Shown here piece by piece: positions 1 to 12,399 of a stretch of DNA of 64,000 bases. The position numbers and the translations under genes were made by a program. A model generated the notes under the pieces. The model worked only from the letters and a program-made list of their open reading frames with translations, had not been told where the DNA came from and ran no database searches. Source of the stretch: Anthoceros angustus (Eukaryota > Plantae > Anthocerotophyta); NCBI GenBank assembly GCA_010909165.1, contig MU008163.1:992001-1056000 (forward strand), read 5' to 3'. The first letter of the stretch is position 1, and each line of letters opens with the position of its first letter.

Positions 1-299
1 AGGTCTAGATTAGGGCACTATTCATTAGGGCCTCATAACTTAAACATTATTATTTACCTAGGGTTATTTAGGTAGTTAGTAGTTATATTAGTTATGTGGT
101 TACAACAACTTATGGTTGCAATTACTTATGGTTGCAACCACTTGTAGTTGTAACCACCCTTCTGACCCTATTTAAAGGCTTGTACTTTACTCATTAAACA
201 CTTACATTGTTTTTCTTCTTCTAATCTAAGAGCTACAGATTCTCATCAAGTACCAAGTCCCATGATGGAAAATTTATGTCCTTAGAATTTCCGTCCTTA

Positions 300-715
300 G
301 TGGACTTCATTCAATATGCTTCTTCTTCTATCGGACGAGGTATTAGGTTCTTCTTGTTCGAACGGACAACTTTCGTAAAACCAAGGGTCTCTCCGTCAAT
401 CTGTGCAAGACCAAGATCATGCGGTTCAACTCCCAACTTTCGTAAAACCAAGGGTCTCTCCGTCAATCTGTGCAAGACCAAGATCATGCGGTTCAACTCC
501 CAGGATTACGAGGGTGAGTGCAAATTCTATTAGGATGGTCAAGAGGTGGAGATGGTATGTTCCTATACGTATCTCGGTGTCACTATTTCTGGCCCCAAGC
601 TCAATTGGACCTCAGTCTATTGCCGCTTCTTGCGCTACCAAGGGGATGGGCTCTGTTTGTGCTTTATGTCGTGCTTCGTCCAGACTCGAGGAGTTTCGTG
701 TCAACAATTATATTT
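300..715 (+). mobile_element. LINE reverse-transcriptase fragment (thumb region), degenerate
   Basis: Translates to NFRKTKGLSVNLCKTKIMRFN...EVEMVCSYTYLGVTI, the typical non-LTR RT C-terminal pattern (GL.VN..KTK.M...V..YKYLG); interrupted by a stop and a tandem duplication. Confidence 0.7.
367..500 (+). repeat. Perfect 67-bp tandem duplication
   Basis: caactttcgtaaaaccaagggtctctccgtcaatctgtgcaagaccaagatcatgcggttcaactcc at 367-433 and 434-500. Confidence 0.95.
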
Positions 716-744
716 ATGTCCACTTAAGGGTGGAAAGAATTGTA

Positions 745-900
745 TGATTTTTCTTTTGAGAAACGTATAAACGAGGAACATAAATAAAGTTTGAATACAA
801 AATATTAAGCACCCCATTTGAATGAGAGTGGCATAGCATGTGGCCATTGGAGTGAGGGCCTCTAGCATACGAGACTTAAGCGCTATGATCCCTAATCCTG
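745..900 (+). repeat. Dispersed repeat, copy 1 (copy 2 at ~54325-54480)
   Basis: Shares ataaataaagtttgaat..aaa.tattaagcacc...aatgag.gt..c.ta.catgtg...attgga...agcat..gagact.aagcg..atga.ccctaa with the 54.3-kb copy. Confidence 0.7.
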
Positions 901-996
901 TACTGCAAGATTCTCTTTCTCAAATTTATATCGTGCGCTCTTAAATTTATGTTGGACGTTTTCAACAACTTTGTTTATGTTTGAAATAGGGAGCAA

Positions 997-1619
997 CCAA
1001 TTTCCTGACCCACATTCTATTTATGTTTGAAAAAAAGGAAGACGAATTACCTGTCTTTGATCTAAAAAAGAAACCAGTTACCTCTCTAAGAAGATGAAAT
1101 GTCCCAGACCTACAAGAAGATGAAATGTCCCAGACCTACAAGAAGATGAAATGTCCCAGACCTACAAGAAGATGAAATGTCCCAGATCTACAAGAAGATG
1201 AAATGTCCCAAACCTACAAGGAGATGAAATGTCCCAGACCTACAAGAAGATGAAATGTCCCAAACCTAAAAGAGAGACCAATTACCTATCCAAGAATATG
1301 AAGATAATGTCATCCGCATTAAGTGGGGGCATTGTGAGGTTTGAACTCGCATTCTCTGGGTCGGAATTGAAGAAGAAGGAGGAGGAGCAGCGACTAATTT
1401 CCTGACCCACATCCTATTTATGTTTGAAAAAAAGGAAGACGAATTACCTGTCCCAGATCTAACAAAAGAGACTAGTTACCTCTCCAAGAAGATGAAAATA
1501 CTGTCAACCGCGTTAAGTGGGGGCATTGTGAAGTCTGAACTCGCATCCTTTGAATCGGAATTGAAGAAGAAGGAGGAGGAGGAGGAAGTATCTTAGACCC
1601 AGCGTACCACTAGACCAAT
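997..1619 (-). mobile_element. tRNA-derived SINE-like element, tandem pair
   Basis: On the minus strand an A-box TGGTCTAGTGG (1617-1607) and B-box GAGTTCAGAC (1542-1533) are followed by CACAATGCCCCCA. A second B-box/CCCCA block lies at ~1320-1350. The body sequence is duplicated at ~997-1087 and ~1395-1490. Confidence 0.5.
1088..1269 (+). repeat. 26-bp minisatellite, 7 copies
   Basis: Unit aagaagatgaaatgtcccagacctac repeated head-to-tail with no spacers. Confidence 0.95.
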
Positions 1620-1793
1620 AACAACAACTTTAAATTATTTATATCCACTAAAAATGGAAGGACCATCTTGGGATAGAGATAGTACAGCGTAAAAGAGGGG
1701 AAAACCAAATACATGTACGTACGTTTGAGCTAGAAAGACAGTAACAGTTTGAGATAAAAAAGGAGGAAAAAGAAGAAAAAAAGGAGGCGAAAC

Positions 1794-2150
1794 CTATAAG
1801 GAGTCTAATAAAGCCTGCCGACGGTCAAAAAGCTCAGAGAGACAAAGTCCAGAGAGCTTGGGAATATGAAAAGAGAAGAATCTGCGCAAGGAAAAACCAG
1901 CACACTGGAAAAGAAGAGTGTAACGAGCCCGAATATCAGCATAGGCAGGAGAATAGAAGAGAAAATGCGATTCAGATTCAGGGTCCAAGGAGCTGAGCTT
2001 GCAAATCCATTCTTCTCGAGGAGGGAAGGGCTTGACCAAGCGGTCGGTTTCGATCCCAAGGTGATGAGAGCTAACACGAAATTGACCAATGTACGGAGTT
2101 TGAAGGAGAGGGAAGAACTTAGGTAACGAGGTAGGATGGGGAAACCAGAG
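1794..2150 (-). mobile_element. LINE ORF2 C-terminal (Zn-finger-like) fragment
   Basis: SSHHLGIET...PREEWICKL...ESESHFLFYSPAYADIRARYTLLF matches the conserved LINE ORF2 tail (R.SSH.L.IETGR...PREER.C..C..E.E.HFLF.CP.Y..IR). Confidence 0.75.
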
Positions 2151-2559
2151 GGGGTTGTTGTGTGACAGTGGGTAGAATTATTCATAAATATAACTATTAT
2201 GGTTGATGTTGTACGACTGCTGCATCATATGGGACATTTAATTTTCTCTGATGTTAAAATATGAATCAAGCTTCATGAGAATTGAACCTCTGACCTCCCA
2301 CACATGGGCGTGAAGACTATCCAATATACAACAATAATAATTTTATTTATGTCTAATAAGGGTAGAAGAACTACCACATGATTAAAAATTTGTACAGCCG
2401 TTATATGTACACATAGGTACCTATGTATGAATTAGAGAACGAGGTTAGGTTCGACACAGCTCTAAAACATTCGTGTCCTTCCTGCTGGTGTGTGCAAGTC
2501 TGGGGAGCCCATGGCTGGCCAGCTCTGGAAACGGGTAATTCGAAGCAGGTTCAGGACCA

Positions 2560-3250
2560 GAAATGTGAGTGTAGACAACAGGTGTTTGAACATGTATGGA
2601 TGAAAGGTGTGGCAGTGCCCATTAAAGGATACGTGTGGTGACCATGACATGGAGCAGGGTGTATTCCCCGCTTGCAGGGAATGGCCCAGGCAGCCCTTGA
2701 GCTTCACAGTATGATGCAAAAAGAAGCCATCGCTGGACCCAATTCTGTGACATTTGTGTGCCCTTCTACAGGAATGTGCAAGTACTCGTGCGAAGCCTCG
2801 GCTTTGCAGTTACGCAGAGTATGAACGAGGTAGACTACAGGAGGCTTCCGGATGCTATTCATGGCCTCCGTCCAGGACAATCTGGTTATGTAGACCACTG
2901 TGATAGCAGCAGATACCCGGCAGGGCATGGGTCAGGATCCGCATTTCTGTTCCATTTGTGTGCCTCTTGCAGGCAGGCATGTGCAAATGTGGGTGCCACA
3001 GATTCAAACACAAAACTGGTAGTTATGTGCCCAAATGTATTGACAGCCTCTATACAGGAATGCCCAGAGTGTACGTGTGTGACGGACTCCATCATATGAC
3101 AAGCAGGTGGTGATGTGGAATGCCATGGTAGGATAATTCCCAGAAACTAGAACGTGGGTCAAGAAGCTCTACAGCTCTACAGTGTTGTGCATGAAAGGGA
3201 AAGTATCACTGCAACCCATTCTGGGACACTTGTGTCTCTGAGACTCTTCT
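2560..3250 (+). pseudogene. Degenerate PLS-class PPR relic
   Basis: Fragments AQAALELHSMMQKEAIAGPNSVTFVC, LCASCRQACAN, VVMWNAMVG resemble the P and L motifs of the intact PPR at 47-49.6 kb; many stops and shifts. Confidence 0.7.
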
Positions 3251-4390
3251 ATGCTGACAAAACGGCAAAGGTACTGTAGGACATCACCTTCTCGTTTTGC
3301 AGTCACAGATTTGCACCCCCAGGTTGTTCAGCCAAAAGGTACATACACTGCATGGGCAGCTCGTCCAGTGGGTGTCACTTTCGACAACTGCCTCTTGTGG
3401 AATATGACTCGTGTAGTAAATTAGATTAGGAACATTGTAGATTAGGAAATTCCTTTCATGCCGAGTTGGTTCAATGGAGAGTGTTTCCTTTCTGATTTTT
3501 GGGAATTGAGAGTGGGCATTTTCTCTGCATAGGACGAATTCTATCCATCAATCTAGGTAGGAACCTGTGCCACTAACAGACCACAAGCTCCTGGCATACA
3601 AGGCCCGCGGCGGGCGGGAGCGGCTACTGGCGCCTGGGAACATTGGAGAAGGGAAGGAGCTAAATGCCAGTATACGTGGGGGCCGCGAACAAGCGTCTTG
3701 TATTTTACTTGTCGAAGGTCCACAAGAAATAGGCTCAATTGCCTCTGGTGATTGAGCACACAGTTATACTGGATAATACGTAGCGTTGCCACAGCAGTGT
3801 GATGAGACCCACACACGAGGCACACCTACATCTTCCCTGATGTTTTTGCAAAGAGATGATGCCCATCCCAGTAATGATCCGCCCCTGAGGCGGAACCTGA
3901 TCGTGCACAACCAAGGTCAAGACTGGGAGATGGAAACGCTGTCGCCCACCACTGCTGTGACCAATTTTTCAGAATCCTAAAAGTGGTGAGCCAGCTAGCT
4001 AGTCGTAAGATCAGTCATCTTTACTTCGGCCGACAAGCACCGGAGCCGCCAAGTCATCACCAGGTCTGGTAGGGCATTCCTTATCTCAAGGCAGAACGTT
4101 CAGGGGCTTGCCGTTGGGGCGGCGGCGAAGAGGAATTCCAATTGTTGTCGATGTAAGACTGTCTGTCACTTGAAAAGCTAGCCCGGCAGCACTTGCAGTA
4201 GACGGAAGACAAGAAATATGTATCGGCATTCTATTCAATCCCGGCAAATGCCGAAAAGCACCACAAACAAGACAAGGTGGGTGCCAGAAATTTGGGCCCG
4301 TCTCCAGATCTAGAGAAGAAATTCTGCTTTCCTCCTACCACTGTACATTACCGTATACATCCCTGGCACCGGTGCTGTGTACCCCACCGT

Positions 4391-5222
4391 TTACATCACC
4401 ATAGCTAGGGCAACAGCTCCAGCAACAGTTACCAGACCTGCCTTGACCGAGCCTGCAGAGCTTCCGGGAGCTGGTGCTGAGGCAGTGGGAGCCTTGGCAG
4501 TGGGAGGGCTGGAAGGGGCCTTGCCGGGAGCCTTGCCGGGAGTGGGAGGTGAAGGAGGGGTGGCAGGAGGAGTGGTCGGGGGAGTAGCAGTGGGAGGAGT
4601 GGTAGGGGGAGTGGTAGGGGGTATGGTAGGGGGAGTGGTAGGGGGACTAGCAGACTGTGCCGTAACATTGACGGAGAACTTCATCCCTAAACCGCAATGG
4701 GACGGAACTCCGCACACGAAGTACGCGGGCCCAGCTACTGTCAGCGGAACAGAATCATCTCCCGTCGTCCACTGTTGCTGAGGGGTGGTGATGTCACAGC
4801 TGTCGAAGGCAGCCTGGGTAGCGAGCTGGAACACGGAATGCTGATTGGCCGTGTACTTGAACTCTGCCGGATTCCAGCACAACACAGATCAGAAACCGCA
4901 CGAACATCCAGACCATTGGGAACAACATCAACATGGCTCCAAGCAGCCAGATTTGAAGCCAAATAAGCACACCGCCGGAAACAAGATCGAACCGCTCCCA
5001 AACAGCCAGATCTGATTCCAAATCGACGCCCTAGCACTCACCAAGGGTGTCCCCAGTCACGAGCTTCAGACCGTCGGCCCAGGTCTGGTAGTTCTTCCCG
5101 AAGCCCCAGGTGCCATCGCCGTCGACAGGGTAGTTTGTGGCCAGCGCGCTCTGCAGCAGCGCGAGCACGGTCACCACCGCCAGAGCCGCGGATGCACTGC
5201 CTCCTCCCTGTCCCCTCGCCAT
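4391..5222 (-). CDS. Phytocyanin (uclacyanin/plantacyanin-type blue copper protein) with Pro/Thr-rich AGP-like tail and GPI-type C-terminus; exons 5222-5042 and 4863-4391
   Basis: Signal peptide; GDGTWGFGKNYQTWADGLKLVTGDTL|EFKY..HSV...YFVCGVPSHCGLGMK gives Cu ligands H-C-H-M; GT-AG intron 5041-4864; hydrophobic C-terminus. Confidence 0.93.
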
Positions 5223-5412
5223 CCCGAGTCGCTGATTCTGAGACGCGAATCCAAAGATCGAACAGAGCGCGGAGTCGAATTCGGAGCGGAGCAAAGCGAG
5301 AGCTTCCTGATCGCCGCTCTTCTGATGCGAGCTTCTCGAGGGAATTCGTCGCTCGATGCTGCGGCAGGTCAGTCGTGGTTGAGGCGTATTTGAAGCGTAA
5401 TGAGAGAGTGGG

Positions 5413-5474
5413 ATGAGCGAAAGTGGTGAGAAAGTGATGAGCGAAAGTGGTGAGAAAGTGATGAGCGAAAGTGG
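5413..5474 (+). repeat. 24-bp tandem repeat, ~2.6 copies, upstream of the phytocyanin
   Basis: atgagcgaaagtggtgagaaagtg repeated. Confidence 0.9.
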
Positions 5475-6262
5475 GAGCGGTGAGAATAGCCTAGCGAGAC
5501 GTGCGTTATGAAGAGCCGAGGACGCGGTCGGGCCACCATCGAGGAACGTTCGCCAGCCGAGACCGACTCCAGTCTTTCGCCGTTTTCGCCGCCCAAAGCC
5601 ATTGCGGTCTTTCCCGCGGTTTCCACCTTTCTCGGTCGTCGCTCCAAGTGGAGCCTGTGACGCCACACTGCGCGGCAGGCGTTTTTCGCCGATTCGCCAC
5701 TTCGCGCCAGTGCGACTAGGCCCGCCCTTGTCGCGGCGCGACTGTCAGCCGTCAGTCAACCCTGTCAATGGGTCAAGTCGATGCCTTGACTAGGTCGTAT
5801 CTGTGATTCGTTATGTACAGTCAGTTAGATTATATATTTTTATTACAAGCGACTCAAAGAATCGCTTACAAGGCTGGTCCCACACTCTTTGAAGAGCCAG
5901 CTGGCCCAACAAGGCGTGGATCATCTATAGCTTTTGCCAACTAAAGCTTTTGTCTATTGGTTATCTTTTATAGTTTTTATTTTTTATCTTAAATAATAAT
6001 TATTTTATTAGTTTAGATGTATTTATGTCTATTCTATTTTTACCTCTTTTACACTATACTTTCTCTTTCCCATGTGGTCTTTCCATATGGAGGGACATAA
6101 ATAAAGCTGTTGTTCTTGTTTGAGATTTGAAGTAACCTCAAATTGAGATACCTTCGTCTTACTTAGCCTCCTCTCTCTTCCGCCCCTCTTCTCACGCCTA
6201 GACTCCATTTTTACAAGGAGGAGTTTCGTGTCAATCCCCCCTTTGGTTTCCCTACCGAGCTT

Positions 6263-6856
6263 TTGGATGAAGGTCAGCAGATCCTAAATGTTGTGTGGCA
6301 GTCGACACCATCGGAAGCTCCACCCAAGAATTATGCTAATGAATACGAGCAAGCATTGGAGAAGAATGACAACTTTGACGCCGAGGATATGGACCGCCTT
6401 CGGAATTTGGCGGTGATCCTTGACTCAGTATCGGCGCAAGGCATGGACGAGTTGCTAGGCTGCCCTCTTGAATTACTATTGTTGATGCTGATGACCACTT
6501 CCTCCTTTAGCAGTTGTTTATTGTAAGGTTTTCACGAATACTGAAATGAGACTCTCGCAAGTACAAGCATGATTTTTATTGTGTTCCACCACTTGAAAAG
6601 TAAATGTTTTTGGCTGTAGTAAAAGATGCAACCGCAGTGCATTCTATAAAAATCTGTACCGCGGCCTCATGTTGCTCTAGTTCTGGGGTATAGAATTGAA
6701 AGTGCGTCTCTTATCAAAGGTATGGACTCAGAAAGGGTGTGCCCATTATCAAAGCTTGGCAGATATGCTAGAAGGGTGTAAACTGTGACAAGGGGGTGTT
6801 GTTTCGACCAAAGGAGCTTACTATATTCCCCCCCTTCAAAAATTATCATGTTGTTG
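6263..6856 (+). mobile_element. 3'-end fragment of the ParB-methyltransferase transposon family (ORF tail plus degenerate right TIR)
   Basis: EGQQILNVVW...DNFDAEDMDRLRNLAVILDSVS resembles EQGQTTLDAAW...DTFEDDARNTLRDVAVVLDSVS at 42.7-42.9 kb. tatattcccccccttcaaaaattatcatgttg (6822-6853) resembles the right TIR at 43251-43282 and lies at a similar distance from the ORF tail. Confidence 0.55.
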
Positions 6857-8349
6857 GCTGGGACTTGGAGACGAAAAGCCGTGGGGCCAAGATCCTGAAA
6901 GGAACGAGCTAGCGGTGAGTAAAAAATGTTGTGGTGTAAAGTATTTTTTCTGAGCGCTTGGTGGAAATTGACGATTCCGCCTAGCCGTGACTACAGAAAT
7001 CTTGATATTACAATCACATTTTTGGATAATGTGCAAATCAATGGAATACGAGGTGGGAAAATTTAAAATTATTTTCCTAGCAGCCCGTTTCAGCGGAATC
7101 CGCTCGTTAGGCATAGACCTTGTTTATCTGTGTGTGTATCTGCTTTAGGAATGAAAGATTGATGTCCTAACAGCTGAGTCATTGTGCTCCTTGCACTTAC
7201 TTCCCTCGATATCCCCTCTTCACTTGGCAGGTCGAAGCCAAAACCTTGTTAATCCAGCATTCGTGTGAATCCTTCTAAGGACTTGTCTATCCATCTTATC
7301 TTCTTAAATACTTGTTATATGCTCCTGTGAGGTATCTCATTGAGGTGAGTGGTGTCATTGCACACTTAATCATCCCTTACGAATTCAACAGCTCTCCCTC
7401 GGGAGGTGCTCCCACCTTACTTAGGACGTGCTGCGTGTGGCCTAAAAGTAGAGAGGGTGGTCTCGGGCCCCTAGCCCGTGGCTTTGAGCTAAGTTTGCAA
7501 GCTTGGAAATCGAGTTGAACAATCTTGGTGTTGTCGCACGGAGAATGGAGATGTATGTGGCAATTCCTTGTGCAACGCTGATATTGATACCACGGCTATG
7601 AAAAGCCGAAGCTATGCCTTTCTTTGGGCAACCCTGAACTCCACAAGATGAAGAAGTTGCTTCGTGTGGGAGAAAAAGGAGAGTCCAGCAACTGGAGCTC
7701 TTTTTTTCGAAATGAAGACATTTAATTTGAGGAAGTTATACAATTGCATGCCGGGTTAGTATTGTGTGATGCAATAGCAGGGGATCCGGAGTTGTGTTTG
7801 AACCCTGTGTCAACAAGGTTGTGTTTGAAGTTTCATACTTTTGCAGGGTATGATGCAGAGCATGGTTTTTAAGGGCAGCTTTGTGGGGAGGAGTTTCCCT
7901 TGCTGAATTAAGATTTGGAGCAAGGGGGAGTCACAAGGAGCTGTTGTGCATGTAGTGTGTGTGAGACCATTCCCTAGGACTAGTCTTTTGTGTGTGTATA
8001 GAACATGGTAATATTTGAAAGGGCTGAATATACGAAGCCGCTTCCAGAAACTTCGGACCACTTTTCTTTGTGCTCGACGGTCACAAAAGCGGCTTTTTTC
8101 ATTCATCAGGTTTGTGGCCGCAGGTTGCTGAATGGCATACAGTATGGTTTAGTCCGATTTCATCGTATATAACATGCTAGATATGGTCATGAGGAAATGC
8201 TGGCGTGCGAGCGAATGAACTATGAACACGGCAATGGCGAACAAATGCACAAAAGTTCAAATCCCAAACACGGAACATGTATATAGTCAAGCGGCAAGCA
8301 TGCACACTTTTGCCTATCGAATCCATGGAATCTGCGAGACGGCCTTGCC

Positions 8350-11300
8350 ACAACTTTGACCTAATCACCCAATTAATCCGCAGGTTGGGACTCGGTGGGC
8401 CTTTGCCCGAACGCTATCAATACTACTTCCGTACTCTTAAGCCTTGCCTCCTCCGTCCTTGAGTTGTCATTCTCCCTCATGGCATCTCTGCATCCAAAAG
8501 GCCACCATCATTTCCTTTCCCTTGTTCTCGGCCATAAGGTGGGCAAGGTTTGTTGGCCATCGTCCGAATATCTCCGTGATCTCCTTCATCCTATTCAACC
8601 CCAAAGGAACCACGAGCACAGGAGACATCCTTCTCGACAAACTCAATTCCTTAGCCCAGGTGGGAGGGTCCCGGCAGTGCGGCTCATGAGTCAATTCCTC
8701 CTCGGCGTCTGGCGCACTTCATATCCATGGATCCTCGTGGAATAAACTCCGCACACCGCTTATCAATATCGACAGCAATACAATTGCGTCCACATAGCAG
8801 CGCTGCCAATGTCGTACCACTCCCAGCACATACATCCAGAACCCAGTCTCCCTCTTTCGAAAAGTTCTTGATGAGCTTCATCATCAAGCCTAGAGGCCTC
8901 GTATGCACATACCACCCCTTGTCAAATGACATATACAGCTTCTTCACAAGTGTAGTGCGCAGATGCCGCCCATTGTTGAAAGAGCCACGCAAGTTATTGG
9001 GAGCATAGACATCTTCCGATCTCTTGCTGGAGGTGAAACCCAGCCCGTGATGTACTCCACGGTGTCATAGCCTCCTTGGATCGTTGTGCATATTCGTTTT
9101 ATCCCAAGCGAAGGAGACCATCCCTCCACATGCACCACTTCCGCATTGCCTCTCTCACCATGTGCAGCTCTTCTACTCCATGCATGACTATCAATCTAAT
9201 CTCCGAGCAACTTGTCATGTCATGGAAAGAATGGAAAATGGTGTTCACACGATCCATCTTCACATCATGTTGTCCCTTATTGAATCCGGGCACATCCATC
9301 AACAATAGTGTGTACCTTGAACCCGTAGAAACCCCGCATGTCCAAGGCATCTCTTGATACCACACAGTAGTTCACAATATTCTCCGCTTTTGGCACCGTG
9401 AAAGATTGGAGCCCTTCCTCCATGTCCATGTCTGCAAGTGCCCTTTGCTCGTCCTCCAAGCCTTTCCATGTGTGCACCTCTAGTATGAAAGCTTGAAAAT
9501 CCTCGCAATTTCTTGGTCTTCAACATCTTTTACTTCGCAGACAACGGCCGCTTAATCATCCGCGGAGAAGAGAGGCGGGCGCCGGCATCGGCGCCTCTCT
9601 TCCTCCGATTGAAAAAGAAAAAGCGATTGGTGGAGGCCTTCACCAATCTAATGACAGGACATAGAAGGACATACCTTTCCCTCAAAGGCGGTTTGGAACC
9701 TCGCGATTCACGCATCCGATGAGTGTAGTGGGTATTCTTCTCTCACCATGTCGAATGAACTACACCCGGATGCTTTGCCATAGCCACTTGTATGACATGA
9801 AATTTCTTCCAGATGTCACCTCCTTGGACATTCCATTCAGTCTAGAAGACCATCAACACCTTCTCACACACTAATTAGCATCTTCGCGGTCTCACGGAGG
9901 AATACCTTGGAAAGCTAGCCATGGCTTGCCGCATTTCTTTGGGCTTGAAAGACTCCTTCACGACTTTGTTTCATCACCAACTGCGTTTTCCTTTGCTCTT
10001 CTTGCTGGTCCCAGCCACATGCTTTGCACCTCGGGTAGCTCCATGGCCTCCCACTTTGTGAAAATACTATCAACATTCTTCCAAACCTTTCCCTCAATTT
10101 CGCAATGCATAGAATATGTGTCCTGTTGTCCACCTTGTTACATTTATATTGCTCATCCTCGCGACCTTCATCGTCCTCTATTAGCCCAAGCACCTTATAA
10201 AGGTTAAACTTCAGTTCATGCTCATGGTCACACCATCTCGCTTTGCAATTTGGAGCTCATCTCGCAGTACCTAACTTGTTCGATGAAATTCATCTTTTCC
10301 TCTTGTCGACATCGTGTTGGTCTTGCCAATATCCTCATCTCACATAGTAAGCCCACAATAAACATGGGCCTCCATCCATTGGAACCTTGCCTTCCTGGCG
10401 ATATGTCAAGGTGCTTCATGGCGGCATATGTATGATTGCCACCTAAGACTCCCATCACGTACTTCTTAGCCGAAACTTGATCCATTTGGATATCCCGCAT
10501 TCGATGGGTCAATCATACAGGCGGGGAGGACTCCTTCCTCTATCGTCCTTTGCTATCACACGCGCCAAATAGTTAGCCCAGCCTCATCCACATTCCGGAT
10601 CATGCGCCGAGTTAGAAATGATGCAGGCCTCAAGTTCTCGAGCTTCACAAGAACAGTTTCTGGAACCACCTTTTTTGCATACGCCGATTCCAGTAGTTTA
10701 CTCAAATAATCTTCATCCAACAAAGACGCCTGCAGTCGCTCCCCATCTGTGGCCACATGTACAGTTGGAATATCATTGCTATCGGAAGGACGTGCGACGC
10801 GTTTTCCTTTCTTCCGCCTCGTATCTGCTTCGGCCTCCACACTGTGAGTCCGACTGTTGCCTCCAAGTGGGTCAGATGAGGAAGTCTTCCTCTTCCCCCG
10901 ACCTGGGTTCTCCATCTCCGGCTCAGTGGGCGCATGCCGGCGCCCGCATCCCCACCTTCCACGAGCGCGCCGCATGCCGGCGCCCGCATCCACCATCGGC
11001 ATGCCACGCCCCACATCACCATATCGGAGGGCGGCCCATGCCGCACCTCCTTCCTCCACCTCAAAGACATGCGGGCATGCGGCCCCCACCTCATCGGAGG
11101 AAGGGCGGCATGCGGCGCCCTTCCTCCTCGGCGTCTCCATGCATGAGCTCCATGGCTCCAGCATTTTGTTTCTTCGCCCTCGGTGGCCGGTCTCCCCCAC
11201 TCCCACTAGCGGCTGCTGGCTGTGCCTCCGATTGCACACCACCTAATGTGCTAGGGTGCCTTCTCCCTTGTGAAGGCACCCCAGAGCCGCCGGCATGCCG

Positions 11301-12361
11301 GCGCCCCTCCTCCCCTGCCCCTCCATCATAGCCCGATACAAACCACTTGATTTGCGGGCTTCCCAATTCCGGCTTGTCGCGAAGAGAAGGGTTCATCCTG
11401 CTCCCATCTTCATCAGGAATGTATGCCATCTTTGGCACAAGCAGAAGCCCTTGTCCCTTCCTCCTCTTGGTCTTGAGGCTTCCTCATCCATTGTCAAGCT
11501 GACCAATGGGACCATCCTCCTCATCCGAGGGTCCAAACTCGCTTCCTCTTCTTATAGTAAAGGCAGTGGAAGGGCTGCCTTGTCCTCCATAAAGACATCT
11601 CAGGTGCATTTTCATGGAGTCTGTAATCACGACAAAGAAACCTATAAAATGATCTTCCACCACATGGTTTTAACACAAGACATGTGTTACTTTTATCGAC
11701 CTCTCAAATACACACCGATCATGTTAGAGAGAGTTGAGGAAACATTTGCACTTACATTTTCAATTCGCCAGCATCCAAGAATTTCCTTGACAGGTATACG
11801 GTTCACACTTCCGTGAAAGTTTGCAAGCCTTAGCACATACACATTGTAGTCTGTCGGTGGCAACCCTTCCACTTGTAAGGCTTGGATGTGCACAAAACTG
11901 AACTCCGGTTCACCATCCACCACATCCATTGTAGCCCAGAACCCATCACCTAGCCCTCGATTGTGCAAAGCACCATTGAACCCAAAATCCACGGCTTTAA
12001 CAAGGAGTCCACACCATTGTGTCCTCTTGAGTTCCTCCGATTGCGTGAACAACCTCTTTCTCCAACAAAACAACTTCATCAACTGGCTTGTGTGCTGTGC
12101 ACTCGCCTCACGTATAAGGAGATGGGATGGGATCGGGAGGAGCCTTGAGACTTGGGAAGGCCAACCTTTTCCCCAGGCCCTTGCGCTCCCTTTGCGAGCT
12201 TGGTTTGGTAGAACCCGGACTTGCAGGACCCTTGCCCCTCCGCTATGCTCAGGCGGTCCCCATCTGCTCTTCCTTCTTGAGCGTTTCTTATGCCGCTTTG
12301 GCTTGTCCACAAGCTCTGAGGATCTGGCAGCCGAGCTCCTTCCGCGCCTTCCACTTGCCAT
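8350..12361 (-). mobile_element. Transposon-associated gene (disrupted in this assembly): N-terminal unknown domain - ParB-like domain - beta-class N6-adenine/N4-cytosine DNA methyltransferase
   Basis: ParB-like RNVDEAGL...VLGGNHTYAAMKHL (GGNH at 10443-10432); motif IV LLLMDVP-GF (9296-9288); motif I RPLGLMMKLIKNFSKEGDWVLDVCAGSGTTLAALLCGRNCIAVDID (8836-8810); GT-AG intron ~9674-9527; homologous to 40650-42938. Confidence 0.8.
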
Positions 12362-12399
12362 ATCTGCTCTCACGAAATCACACAAGCGGGTCAAGGCGT

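Noticed and set aside
1088-1269. Regular 26-bp repeats as a CRISPR array
   Set aside because: Head-to-tail with no unique spacers, no cas genes, eukaryotic context. The same applies to the 25.2-25.6-kb satellite.
1520-1619. Intact tRNA gene
   Set aside because: A and B boxes are present, but there is no pairing acceptor stem and the anticodon arm is replaced by (CTC/CTT)n.
5223-5666. Long N-terminal extension of the phytocyanin ORF
   Set aside because: It crosses a tandem repeat and precedes a clear signal peptide starting at the ATG at 5222.
7510-8150. Possible coding remnant left of MTase copy 1
   Set aside because: No frame gave a recognisable domain.
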